Source: Lingula anatina
Lineage: Eukaryota > Animalia > Brachiopoda
Assembly: GCA_051362555.1 (NCBI GenBank)
Contig: CM120640.1
Span: 18,910,001 to 18,974,000, forward strand
DNA: 64,000 nucleotides
Direction: 5' to 3'
The first letter of the stretch is position 1, and every line of letters starts with the position of its first letter. The notes beneath the pieces are model-generated. The model was not told where the DNA came from. It searched no databases and worked only from the letters and a program-made list of their open reading frames with translations. Both the position numbers and the translations under genes were made by a program. Below, in pieces: positions 29,871 to 43,400 of this stretch.

Positions 29871-31619
29871 TTCTGGTATTGGAAAAAGGTAAAAACCAAT
29901 TTTTCAAGTATCATGTTAGACGTGCGCAGCATAAACTAACTAACTGAATAGATATGAATAGAATTTAAAGCTGAAATATACGCTTTAGAATTCCGTTAAA
30001 AAAGGCACTAATAATTAAAGGCTGTCCTCTCAAAATAGATTGACAGCTCGCATCTTCTTGGAACCAATTCTTCGTCTAGTCTATGTAGTTTTTTGTCAAT
30101 ATGCAGAATAATCACCTCACCTCACCTTTGTTTGCGACTGGGTGCGCATTCCGGAGGGAAAACTTACACCCTTAATAAATTTTGGGATATCATTCTTCAA
30201 AATGGTATCATAAGTACAACATATATAGTAAAGCTTAACAATAATAATTACTATTATAATTATAATTATAATTTTGGTTATAGGCCTAATTATGATAATT
30301 ATGATTAAACTATATATAAACTATGATGCATTTAAATCAGTCATTTCAATGGCATTTTTCTACTGTGGCATCTCGACACACAGCGTAAAATATTCATATA
30401 TAACGTGACAGGGTAAGAAAACTTGAGGACAGCAGTTCAGTGTGAGACCAGTTTTTACGGTCTGTGGAAACGTTTTACTCATTTTAAAAACTCAATCATC
30501 ACCATTTTTTCTTCTATATTTCACCTTTAAGTATTACGTTGTAAAAATATGATAATCTTCTGTATAGAGCAGTTACTTTTTTTAAATGACTTAAGTTTGC
30601 TTGTCACTGAATGTTATAAATGGGGTGAGGGGGGGGGGTGCGATACACCCCACTGACAGTAAAATGAGCATTAAATAAACTATTTTCCATTCGTGGTCCA
30701 AATTTTATATCAGAAATGTCAAACTATCATGGCATCAAAAATATTTTCAGTCAGCAACAGAAAAACCTGTTTCCTATTGTACCAAGTAGCCTACTTGGGC
30801 AAGGTGAAACTTTCTGACAAATTAATTTTCGGGGGAACATTTGTTACGTAGTATTAACCATGGTGCAAAGCCCCTTGAGTTACAGTTTTAAAATATTTAT
30901 AAAAGCATCCATGCGTCATATATAACTTACCATGATTGAATCACTACAAAATATATCGGAACGCAATATAAAAATATAAAATTATAACATATGTTACCGG
31001 GACATACGCTACCATTTGGCTCCTGACATAATGTAGGCCTATAGCAATGGTAAAAATTGAAAGTAGATCTATGTAAAATTGAGAGAGCCGTGGATTTTTT
31101 CTTTAGTATACATATATGTTTTAAAAAATTGAATACAACTTCCAATGCACTTAATTTTATTATTTTGATATTTCAGAATGTGAAATCCACCTCTATATTT
31201 AGTTTGGGTGTTTAGCGTGATCCTTGAAGCACCCGAATCCGAGGGTTCCGTTGTGCATTTTTGTTACCTGTGAAAGCCACTTTTTTCCCCGAGGTGCGTG
31301 AAACGTTCCTAATTTAGCGTGATCCCATTCCGAGACTAGTGACTGCGGCTTTTTATCTGAAACGAAGTCATTATACCAGGTGATTCGCGATTTTCATGAT
31401 TTTCGACCCTCATAATCAGTGAGATATGAATCAAACTTTATTCACTGCTTGGACCTAAATATGTCCATGTTCACTGTGATTCGTGAATTGATGATTTTAT
31501 TTTCCGTGAACTGCGACCCCCCCCCCCCCCCCCCCCATTATGGGACCCTCATTGAAAGAGCTATATCATTTTGAATTCTTAGAGCTAAAATTGCTGTTGT
31601 AATAAAGATTCTCAAACTC

Positions 31620-31716
31620 GATCTTGTCGCCATTTTCCCAAGTCCTCTTGATCACTTGTCGGTTTATCTCCAGAGTCTAAGTAACTAACGGAACAAAAAA
31701 AAACTTCTTGTCGTAG
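31620..31716 (+). promoter_or_regulatory. Candidate non-coding first exon of the TRPM gene
   Basis: YY1-type CGCCATTTT at 31628 at the edge of the CpG-rich block, followed by donor TAG|gtaagg; a further candidate UTR exon 34594-34742 ends AAG|gtgagt. Confidence 0.4.
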
Positions 31717-33552
31717 GTAAGGGCCGTTGAAAAATTATTATTCTTATTATATTATTTAATCTAGCTTTTACGTTACCTTTTATTTGTCTACTTAACCATT
31801 CTTACTTGTTTATTTTTAATTCCCACTTTAAATCTTAGTTTAATTCTTAACTTTAAGGATAGATGATTTTGCCAGTTGACGTTTTCGCCCTGTGTTAATT
31901 GATGTATCGCTCGGTACTTTACCCTATATACATGTATAAACTCTCCAATTTTCAATGCTAATCAAAATTAAGTTACGACCTCTGTAGTGACTTGGATCAA
32001 TAGGCCCCTACATCTGCAATTAAAAATTAGTTTGGAGTTTCCTTACTAATTTTTAATTCACCACAGTGATAACCTAGGTTCTCATAATATTTGGAAGGCA
32101 TAAAGACTATATAATTCCCTTTTCTAACTAATTTAGATCTACATGTAGGCCAGTGAATCTAGGCCTAATTGGGTAGCGGAGACATTGGTCAAAGTCACCA
32201 CAGAAATTAATTTGAAAAAAAAAATTGAAAATCAAAGAGTTATGGGGGAAATACTGCAAAATTGATACTGCCAATCGCTCTAAGTTCAGGATGTCCCATA
32301 TCTGGGTCTTCGCGATTTGACCTGATTTGACCTGATTTGACCGAGTTAACAGTCTTCTCTACCGCAATCGAGAATCCAACATGGTGGACCGTGAAACGCA
32401 TACAAGATATGACCAGATGAATATTTTTCACTGAACAGTGATGTTGAAACTTGGGGAGTTGTTAAGAAGGTAAAAAACAAATTTCATTTTCAACACCTAT
32501 TTGCAGTGTTTTTTTAATTGAAAATATATCCAGCCAGTGACAATCTACCATTCATGCCCCCGATGCATGTTCAGTTTCTTGACTTTGAGTCGAAACTGGA
32601 CACTCGCTCCCATTGGAAAGTCTATGATGATCAGCTTTTACCACGGTTATTTACCTTTTTTGTAATTGCAATTTCTTTCAGAATATTGGGTTCAATAGTT
32701 TACCAAGCTCAGTTAATATAAAAAAACATGAGTAGGAATGCAAGAGACATTGCATACCAGTAGTGCATATGCTGAAACAGTAACTTGGTAACACGGGCAA
32801 TTGTTGATTTTGCACATAGGGTGTACATGTACCCTCACCACACTTGTTAGATTCTCACTTTGAAATATCGTGCAATCTTACAAACTAAAAATTAAATTGG
32901 AAATAGACTGCATTCCAAATTGTAAAACTTTTCATATTTTTAGCACAGTTGCTTCTGACCCATTGAAATTGACGTCATTCTATGACTGGTTTGGTTATCT
33001 TGGGTGACTAAAAATAATCCTTCAGTAACTCAGACTGGTTTTTGTCAGATCTGCTAGTACACATCAGCTGACACATACACATGATTACAGTACCCCCTTC
33101 ACTCATATAAGTTATTCTTTCTTCTATCTCTTTTGTACTGTACTAGTGGTTGAGCGATTAAATTGCATTCACTGTCTTCACTGTGGCATTGTGTAGGCCT
33201 ATAGGGTCTACATTATTACATGTAATATATCAGATGTGGATGGAACTTCCCAAATCTAGTCTCAGCTGGAAGCAAATTCTTGACTCATTCATTGACTCAT
33301 TCTTGACTTTTCACCATGGACTAAACTTTACAAAATTTCCTACCCATATATATGTCTAAAACTGGCAGATATACACCCATAGTTACTTGTTGAACTTGAA
33401 TAGCAAATTATATAAATTATGTCAATTTTAATATGACCTTGAATTTGACCTTTGACCAATATGTACTTTTCACCAAGATCTGAGCTTTGCAAATTTTCTG
33501 GCCCTTATATATATATATATATATCTTCAAAACTTGCAGAGATAAACTCAAA

Positions 33553-33809
33553 GACTGGGTTCCCATACCTAGATTGATCTAACAGCTTCGATCCATCTCT
33601 GAGGGGTTTCCTGCTAAATTGTTTTCAGCTTAAGAAGCTTAGATGTCTGGCATGCCTACTGAAGCTGCAAAGTGATAATTAATTACTCCCTAGCAGCTTC
33701 AGTAGGCGTGACAGACATCTAAGCTGCTTAAGTTGAGTGTAATTAAGCGAGAATCCCCTCTGAGATAGATCGATCCACAGTTAGTACGATAGGTTCTGGG
33801 AATGATTCC
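33553..33809. mobile_element. PIF/Harbinger-like MITE, copy 4 (fold-back form)
   Basis: AAA on both sides; TTCCCA/TGGGAA termini; inverted arms AGCTTAGATGTCTG..GCCTACTGAAGCTGC / GCAGCTTCAGTAGGC..CAGACATCTAAGCT. Confidence 0.7.
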
Positions 33810-34016
33810 AAATTTGAACTACTAGGTACTTCCCACCATGAAGTGCAGTTTTTTTTTTTTGGCCTTTAAATCTCCAAAACTGACAGAGATACACTCATAG
33901 TTACTTTTGAACTTGAATAGGAAATTGTACATTAAATGCACTTATCATATTTACCAGTCCCTATTTCTCCACAACTAAAACAGAAATAGTTTATAACATA
34001 CCATTTAACTTGATTG

Positions 34017-34372
34017 CAGACATGCTGAAGCTGTCGGTCCAATCAGTCATGACTGGGAAAATTTGTTTGGACCAGTAAAAAATTGAACTTGGTCGGTCCA
34101 AAGCACCGACAGTTTTAAGAACCTCAATTTTGAATCGACAGTCATCATTCGACATACTTCACTAATAAAAATATTTAAAACCTAAAGCGTTTTCTCTTCC
34201 ATTTCAAACCTATCACATTCACAAACAAAGTAAGCTACCTAATCTTACTGTTAGTATCTGTCTCAAACGAATAGAGTGATTTCGGTCCGACAAAAATCCA
34301 TTCGGTCCGTCAAATTTTTCATTACTGCCTGTCCAAATGTCTGGCCATTCTGAAAAGTTTTCAGCATGTCTG
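34017..34372. mobile_element. Non-autonomous TIR element with 6-bp target duplication
   Basis: Perfect 13-bp TIR CAGACATGCTGAA / TTCAGCATGTCTG flanked by TGATTG on both sides; subterminal TCGGTCC repeats. Confidence 0.8.
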
Positions 34373-34916
34373 TGATTGACCTTAATGTGGCTGGTGGTAC
34401 AATATATTGTGCCAGCTTTGCCATTCTGATGCTCTCGATCAACTTGGGTAGGGTTTTCTTTGACCACCCCATATAATGTTTTTATTGCACATTTAATTAT
34501 ATACCGGACACTAGTTCTGCATATCATAATTGTAAGCATTTAGAAATGGATGATATTGGCTTAACATGATGTCATGTTCTACTATTATTCCAGATATATC
34601 AGATGTAATTTTAAAAAGTATAAAAATCAGTTCAAAAGTCTGCTTGTTTTGAAATATGTGTATTTTTTTTTTAATTAAGGAGGCACGAAGTAACAGAATA
34701 TGTGTGTTAAAGAACTGTTTAATCCACAGCAGAATACCAAAGGTGAGTGAATCTTAATGTAAAGAAATACCTTTATATTGTGGCTTTTTTAATGGTAGCA
34801 CAAACTTTTAGCATTTTAATTTTTTGTAAAATTGCTTTGTGTGGACATGAATACATATTCCACTCCTTAAAAGGGAAACTAACATGTCTTTGAAAGAAAA
34901 TGGATTTTTAAATAAT

Positions 34917-37900
34917 TATTGTACCACCAGCGTTAGCGCTGGCGGTACACATGGTTTCGGTCCCGTCCGGATCGTTCCGCCGGCTCCGCCGGCTCCGTTG
35001 GCTCCGCCGGATGGCTACCGTTACCGCTTCTCCTCCTAGACGGTAAGGGCCCCCGTACCCATCTCATGGATTTAGGTCACCTATAATCTCAACTCGTTCC
35101 ACGTAAAATTTGGGCTTTGTCGGTATTGGGGTCTGGGTGTGGCACTCATTGCAATGCACCCTTGTCTAAAAATGGCAAAATTAAATGCTAATTATCTACC
35201 CTACGGAAGGGGTTATGGGAAAAATTTCTATAGACGACTTTCCAAAAGTCATATGTGTAGATTTCAAATATACCCTTGGATTTGACCTTTGACCTTTACT
35301 TCAAGGTCAAATGGGCCAAAATTTTCAAAAAAATGAAATTTTTTACGAAAAAAATTTTTTTTGCCCTGTTATTCAGACACCACACAGACTTAACCAATAA
35401 TATTATTGGAAAGTGTTACCCTTCAGGTCATCTTTCATCTCCATGAATTTGGGGTCAATCGGTGCATTTTCACGGGAGTAGCGGCCATAAGATACCGAAA
35501 CTAAAAACTGTCTCTAATTCGGGAACCGTTAATGCTAGAAACCCATTCTTTTTTGCATTTTGTAGAGCATGTAAAGCCCAACACTGGAGGTGGTCTCGTT
35601 TTTTTTGTATTCCATACGGTTTTCGAGTTACGCTGTATCAAAAAGCACATATTGGTGGTAAAAGCAAAATGTGCAGTACGGTAATGGATAATAAATTTTG
35701 AACTCTGGAAAAATAAAACATAAGGCTTGGCAAAGCAGACAACTTGTGTTCAAAAATGACATTATTTCATCAAATTTGAACTTCTGAAACTTCAGAGCAC
35801 CTCCTATTTCAAGAATTTTGACCAAAATGACATTTTCTTTATTTTAATTAATTTTTTCTGTACGAAATTTAAGGCACATTATGGTAACTCCAAAATTATA
35901 ACATTTAGTCCCTTATATCTCCAAAACTGGCAGAGATAGGTCTATAGTTACTATTGAAGTTGAATAGGAAGTCATATACTGGCAATCTTACTATGACCTT
36001 GAAATTGACCTTTGACCTACTTTTCACCATGAACTGAACTTTGCAAATTTTTCTTCCCTTTTATCTCCAAAACTGGCAGAGATAGGTCCATAGTTACTAT
36101 TGAACTTGAATAGGAAGTCATATAATGGCAATCTATATGTGACATTAAAATTGACCTTTGACCTACTTTTCACCATGAACTGAATTTTGCAAATTTTGCT
36201 TTCCTTTTATCTCCAAAACTGGCTGAGATAGGTCCGTAGTTACTATTGAACTTGAATAGGAAGTCATATACTGGCAATCTAAATGTGACCTTAAAATTGA
36301 CCTTTGACCTACTTTTCACCATAAACTGAACTTTGCAAAATTTGCTTCTCTTTTATCTCCAAAACTGGCAGAGATAGGTCCATAGTTACTATTGAAGTTG
36401 AATAGGAAGTCATATACTGGCAATCTAAATGTGACCTTAAAATTGACCTTTGACCTACTTTTCACTATGAACTGAACTTTGCAAATTTTGCTTCCCTTTT
36501 ATCTCCAAAACTGGCAGAGATAGGTCCATAGTTACTATTGAACTTGAATAGGAAGTCATATACTGGCAATCTAAATGTGACCTTAAAATTGACCTTTGAC
36601 CTACTTTACACCATGAACTGAATTTTGCAAATTTTGCTTTCCTTTTATCTCCAAAACTGGCTGAGATAGGTCCATAGTTACTATTGAAGTTGAATAGGAA
36701 GTCAAATACTGGCAATCTAAATGTGACCTTAAAATTGACCTTTGACCTACTTTTCACTATGAACTGAACTTTGCAAATTTTGCTTCCCTTTTATCTCCAA
36801 AACTGGCAGAGATAGGTCCATAGTTACTATTGAACTTGAATAGGAAGTCATATACTGGCAATCTAAATGTGACCTTGAAATTGACCTTTGACCTACTTTT
36901 CACCATGAACTGAACTTTGCAAACTTTTCTTCCCTTTTATCTCCAAAACTGGCAGAGATAGGTCCATAGTTACTATTGAACTTGAAAAGGAAGTCATATA
37001 CTGGCAATCTAAATGTGACCCTAAAATTGACCTTTGACCTACTTTACACCATGAACTGAATTTTGCAAATTTTGCTTTCCTTTTATCTCCAAAACTGGCT
37101 GAGATAGGTCCGTAGTTACTATTGAACTTGAATAGGAAGTCATATACTGGCAATCTAAATGTGACCTCAAAATTGACCTTTGACCTACTTTTCACCATAA
37201 ACTGAACTTTGCAAATTTTGCTTCCCTTTTATCTCCAAAACTGGCAGAGATAGGTCCATAGTTACTATTGAACTTGAATAGGAAGTCATATACTGGCAAT
37301 CTATATGTGACCTTGAAATTGACCTTTGACCTACTTTTCACCATGAACTGAACTTTGCAAATTTTGCTTCCCTTTTATCTCCAAAACTGGCAGAGATAGG
37401 TCCATAGTTACTATTGAACTTGAATAGAAAGTCATATACTGGCAATCTAAATGTGACCTTGAAATTGGCCTTTGACCTACTTTTCACCATGAACTGAATT
37501 TTGCAAATTTTGCTTCCCTTTTATCTCCAAAACTGGCTGAGATAGGTCCATAGTTACTATTGAAGTTGAATAGGAAGTCCTATACTGGCAATCTAAGTGT
37601 GACCTTGAAATTGACCTTTGACCTACTTTTTATCATGCACTGAACTCTGCTAATTTCTTTCTCTTTTAACTTCAAACTTGACAGAGATAGGTCCATAGTA
37701 ACTCTTGAACTTGAATAGGAAGTCATATACTGGCAATTTACTGTGACCTTGAAATTGACCCTTGACCTACCTTATGAAGAACTTAAATTTGATTGTACCA
37801 TATATATATTTTTGCAATAGTTTAAAAATTCTTGTTGATTGCATTTTTACAGCTTGTCAAGCACAAAACTGGTGGCTGTGTCCCTTATTTTGTGTATGTG

Positions 37901-37976
37901 GGGGTCTATACGAATGTGCTTGCTCCAGCTGGTGGTACAATATTCGGAGGCGGTATCGCCTCTCTGATCCTCTAGT
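34917..37976 (+). mobile_element. Non-autonomous Helentron (HINE / DINE-1-like) with internal satellite array
   Basis: 5' subTIR TATTGTACCACCAG with adjacent inverted copy CTGGCGGTAC, GGCTCCGCC microsatellite, central tandem array, 3' subTIR CTGGTGGTACAATA (37929-37942), hairpin GAGGCG-GTAT-CGCCTC, CTAG end, T-rich insertion site. Confidence 0.85.
35915..37770 (+). repeat. Tandem array, 146-bp unit, about 12.7 copies
   Basis: TATCTCCAAAACTGG recurs at 35916, 36062, 36208, 36354, 36500, 36646, 36792, 36938, 37084, 37230, 37376, 37522; degenerate last unit. Confidence 0.97.
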
Positions 37977-40411
37977 TTAAATCAATTTTTTGTAAATACA
38001 CAATTTTGGTATATACTACTATACATTTCAGATCAAATGGGATAAGGCAGTTGCAATTGCAAATTACAATTTGGTATGTACAATGACTTCGTTTTGTAAG
38101 TGCAAACTGGTGAACTTGATATAATTGTGCTTGAATAATTATATTAGCATGCAGGTTGTGATAACTGAGGCAATTAAGGGTTCTTCAGTACCATATACAG
38201 GATATCAGACTATAATTAGGAATTATTTTTATTTACAGCACATACCAAGCTATTAGTTATTATATAAAATGCTAGAGTTGTCTCTGATATGGCAAATATA
38301 CATTTTTCACATAAAGTCTAGTCATAATTTTAGCTATTGATGACAAATTTCCTGCAATTACTTGTGCTCATATGTCCACCTCTTTTAAAAATTGCCAGAT
38401 GTCTACCATGAAAATATCTTAAAGTTCTTACAATTGGAACAGTTTAATTAACCAATAGATACAATAGCTGGTCTGGTGCAGATCTGCAGATTGGAGTGCT
38501 TACTGCATTATTGGATTACTTTAATGAAGGCCAAAGTGGCATAATGGAACTTGTGTTCATCTTCAGTTGGTTTAGTTATCTAGAGTCAGAAGGAATTGGT
38601 TCATAGCATTTACATGTATTTAAGTATAATTAATCTGCTAATATGGCTTTATTTTTAGCCTGGATAATAAACCCAAATGTAGTTTGAAAATTGAGAAGTG
38701 GGAGGATCTTGAAAGTATAAAAAAGTATTATTCACACTTGTAGAAAACATTTCCTTTTGATGGTTTTGAAGATTTTCCAGTGGTGTTATATGTCTCTGGG
38801 ATAAAAAAAAAACATACGTAGTCTCTTAAGAAACAATTAACTTTTTGCTATATTTAAATTACCTCATTCTTTAGGGGATGAGATACATGTATATAGATTT
38901 CTAAAGTTTCGAATACCCTTATATTTTAATTACACCAATTTTACTATTTCCAGTTCATGTTTGACCTTGCAGTTATAGCCAATGTAACAGATTTTATTTT
39001 GAGTTGGATACGCTTGAAATTTAAATGTTAGCTTTGCACTAATTCACCATTAAAAGTCATTTAGAAATCATCGTGCAGTTTATTATTACTAATAATGAAA
39101 TGTCTGATTGACAGTGTTATGAATATAACTGGTTAACATGTACAGGTCAATTGTTAAAAAACAATAAGTATGTTTTTATTAGCTACATATCATGCTAGTG
39201 TACATTTGGAAAGTTCTCCTTGATAACCTCTAATTGAAATCCAGTTTCTGAGGCAGAATTTAATGCATAATACTGAAAATCCATATTCTGGAATGATGTT
39301 CTTCCACTTGATTAGATGCTGAAGTCGACTTGCTTAGAAAAGCTAGCTATAGGATACTGCTTTTGTAAGTGAGTTCTCAATTGAATTTTTTAGATATTAA
39401 ATATTTTACTGGATTTGATAGTAAATTGAATCCAGCTGTCCTTTCAGATTGAAAAAAAAAGCCTTTTGACGGTATACATTTAAAAAAAAATGCAATTTTA
39501 ACCCTCGGGACATAAAACGTTTCATTATCTCTGTTTGTTGTCATTTAAATAAGTGAACCATATATAGGCAGTCTTGAAAGCATTGGCATGTTTCTGGTGG
39601 TTTTATTTGAATTAGAGCATATAGGAGAAAAAGAATCACTTTACATGTACAAGTTGAATTTAAAGTCATGCCTGTGCATGCATTGGGCATGACTAAACCT
39701 TAGGAGTGTAAGCTCCTAAAATAATCCTTTGTTCACTTGCTGGGCAGTGGGCAGTTTTATATATTGTATCACTGGGTGGACCCTATTGTATTATACCAGA
39801 CTGGACATTTCCTCATTTCTAAGTAGCCAGAGGACAGACACAGTTTAGACATATGATTGATTTACAGACAGAGGTACATATATTACTTGAATATTACTGA
39901 AGTCACATATTAGTTGGGTAGTGATTTATGTATTACACAAATAGAACAAGTTCATTGAAGTGCTTCCAGCAAAATTGGTATGGGTACATTTCATTATATT
40001 TCTTTATGCTTGGAAATTTTGAAACTATGAAAAGGCACTATCGAGTCAGTAACTTGTGAAAAGTCACATGAAAAAATATTGTAAAGGCAGTATCACATAT
40101 CTGATTTTAGACTGAGAGATTATTGCGTAAAGTAAGTGTAATTTTTTGTACATATAAGATGTAATGACTATTTTTCTTAAGTACCTTGTATTAACTATAA
40201 AGACAATACAAATAGTTTTTTCAAAGGGTTAAGTTATATGTTTATCAAAAGCACACTTCAGTGCATATTTTCATTTATCAATGTGCCTCTATCTTAATAA
40301 TAAATCAATATAAATTGATAAAGCCTGTTGAGTACAAAAGAGAAAGTGAAAATTGTGCCTAAAGTAATGAATTATGTCATTTTCATTTCAGGTGTGGGAG
40401 GGAATTGATGC

Positions 40412-43400
40412 ATGCTGACCATGCCCAGACTGTCCAGATCACTGGACTCCATGAGCTCCTTGGACCTATCCTCTGCTTCTGGGAGAACCAAAGAAGTGGG
40501 TATATTCTATTTTAAAATGGTTGATGTCTTAGGAAGCGAAATGTCATTATTTGTGCAGTGTGGAGTCCTAATATCAGTCATATGCATATACAGAGGACTT
40601 GAGAGCTAGATAGAATATCATCTGTGTTATACTGTAGGCGCATGCACTCACGCACGCAAGCAAGCATGCACACAAACACTTACATACACACACACAAAGA
40701 TGCATGTATAGTAGACTTAAGTAGAATTCCTATATTTTGTATATATACATATGATGATAAAATTATTCTTAAAAGATCATTTTTATTCAAGCCCCCTGGA
40801 TGACTTGGTGTGCCCTGCATGTATGCGCACTTCCACATATATGTATTCTGTACAGTAGGTGTACACATATGTATGCACTCACGCATGCATGCACACTTTA
40901 GTAGAATTTTTACATTTTGCAGTTGATGGTTAGAATTATTCTCAAAGAACATTTTATATATGTAAAAAGGGCATTTTTTCATGCCCCCTGGATGATGACT
41001 TGGTGTGCCATGGCATGTGGGGTCACTTCCACATATATGCATACAGAGAAGCATGGTTTAATATATATATTTTATTTTACGATTTTAAATAAGGACTATA
41101 ATGTACAATTTTATGAATGATAACATGGTTTGTAGTGTGCATAACGGTACCTGTGGCTGAAAGGAAAGGGAATGTTGGCCAAGCTTGTCTCATGCAAATC
41201 TGATGGGGATTCTTATTGTTCAATATTTTTGCTTTTCCTATCCCTGGAAGATGCATGGCGGTTGTCAGAGTAGAACTAGATGACACAATCCAGAAGTCCT
41301 GGACTTCATCACTGAGTAACAATAATAACAATAACAGTTTGCTATCTTTTCTAGTGTTAATTGATTTTTTTTTACAAAGTACATTGGAATGCACCTTGTC
41401 TCTCTAATAAGTTGCTGAGGAATAAAACTGTGCAAGGTCAAAGTGGTGGCAAGTTAATTGTAGCTAAATTGATGGAAATGAAATTTGCGGGATGCAAATT
41501 AATATTGAGTATTGCATCGTTCCCATGACACTAAGTGACTCCTTATGTATTTACTTTGGGTCGTAATTGAGATATTGTCCTGCACGTATGTGTCTTTAAT
41601 TTTTTATTTATATCCGTACCAATCCATTTTGATTCTTCCCTTGATGAGAAGAAATAAGGTTTGATTTATCTTCTTCGATTTCCATGTCATGGATCATCTC
41701 TGAACCACTTCAGGATATATCTATTGATAAATGAAGAAAAAAGAGCTTTTTGATGAGATATATTTTATTTAGTGGATTGCCTGGGATATAAATAAAAAGG
41801 AATTGCCTAGGAAATATGATCAGTTTCAAGTTTGTTTTGTGTTGTTATAATGCCATTTTAGTGTATATTATTGTTGGAAAGTCCATTTCTCTATCAGGGA
41901 AAATTTATCATTATATCCTGTTAAATATCATTTATACTTGTTATGATAGACTCACCACGTCCACCAACAGTGCCTTCAAAGCATACAGTGTGCTCAGCCT
42001 ATTTAACATTTTCTCCTTTATCATCAAGGTAAATGACATATGATTAAATCCAAAATTGTTGAAAAAATTATGACCCACTTTTGAGAGTTTAATTTCTCTT
42101 TTTCAGTTAAAAGTAAAATTCTCAAACCTCTTTCTCTAGACAAATTGGATCAAGGGTTTGAATTTTGTCAATGGTTTTGACTAAGGTGTACTTCAGTGGT
42201 TGAAAGAAAAAAAAATTAATTTCCAGTAAAATAAATGTTTCGTTCTATAAAGGTCAAACACCAGTTGCGTACCTTAAAACCTTTGCCTGCATAAATAATG
42301 TAACTATCATCACTTTTTCTCTAATCTTATTTTGTATGAGTGTTGGATAGTGAGGTGAGTTGCTTGCTTTTGAAATCTTATTCATGTGTCAGCATTGAAG
42401 CAATATAACTCATACTGCTTTGTACTTTTAAACTGCCCCCGGTAATGTGAGAATGTCAAGTATTGAGCTTACTGTATCTTTTGTAATGATTCACTGTATT
42501 TTCTCAATGTTTTTCTATACATTGTATATATATAATAATACATGACATGTGTGAAAATTACAGTCTTTTCAGGGGAGCCGTCCATCCTTGGAATATGAAG
42601 TATGTACATAGTGAAGTGCATACCTCCCTACCCCATCTTCCCTTGACTGTGTATATACATGTAGTACATGCTTTTATGTGATGGCTACTAGTTTTGTTGC
42701 TGTGCAGGTGGTTTGCTCAATGATATACGTAGAGGTAGGCTCTATCTGGGTCATTGGTTTGATGTGTTTCTGGGAGTTGGATATTTCAGATGCTGTTGTC
42801 AGTTTCACATGTAAATTGTAATGCTTCCACATTATTGTCTAAAGTTTTAAGGTTATGTACTCTGAAATATGCCATTATGTGACCAAATTTTAGTTTTTTC
42901 TGTCATTTTCATATTTATGTATCAGTTTATCATTTTTGCATATATCTTAAATGACTATGCGGATCAATATTTTGATGCCAGGTGAGCTGTCATCGTTCAG
43001 AAGTGTCATTTTTACCAAGTACCTGAAAATGTTTTTCAGCCACTCCTCAATAATTCTAATTGGCCGTAGATAGCAATCCCCTCAGTGGAAAATTCAGTTA
43101 CTGTTGCAGTAAAATCCCAAAAATTGGTGCCACAGTAGTTATTGATAAAAGTGTAGAGAACAACTTGGTGCCAAATATTTCTGATAACATCTTCGAACCC
43201 AATTTTAAGCAATCTTGTTTTTAAAGGTCCATTGAAAATTGATGTAAATGAGGGTTATTCTTGAGCAGAGTGCTTTTAAGAATATCTGTTGCAGCCCTTA
43301 GTGGTACTCATGTACAGTTTATATATGCCATTAACATTTTTCTGATAAGGACGGAGGTGGTAAAGAACATCAAGACACCCAAAGTACCACTTTTACCTCC

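Larger units (their letters stand above)
33320..34410 (+). mobile_element. Decayed copy of the 146-bp-repeat Helentron family, interrupted by younger MITEs
   Basis: Degenerate units (AAACTGGCAGATATA..CATAGTTAC..TTGAACTTGAATAG..TGACCTTTGACC) at 33355-33550 and 33870-33925; family 3' motif CTGGTGGTACAATA at 34391. Confidence 0.6.

Noticed and set aside
31215-31550. CGTGA-rich segment ending in a C run and GGGACCCTC, a likely MITE remnant
   Set aside because: No matching opposite terminus or TSD could be identified.
35915-37770. Possible CRISPR array or repeat-protein gene (minus-strand ORFs 36455-36757, 36893-37198)
   Set aside because: Units are contiguous with no unique spacers, the context is eukaryotic, and a 146-bp unit cannot keep a reading frame; the ORFs are by-products.
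41816-42028. Fifth TRPM first-exon candidate ending ATCAAG|gtaaat in phase 0
   Set aside because: The peptide looks like translated AT-rich intron and there is no promoter evidence; not supportable.
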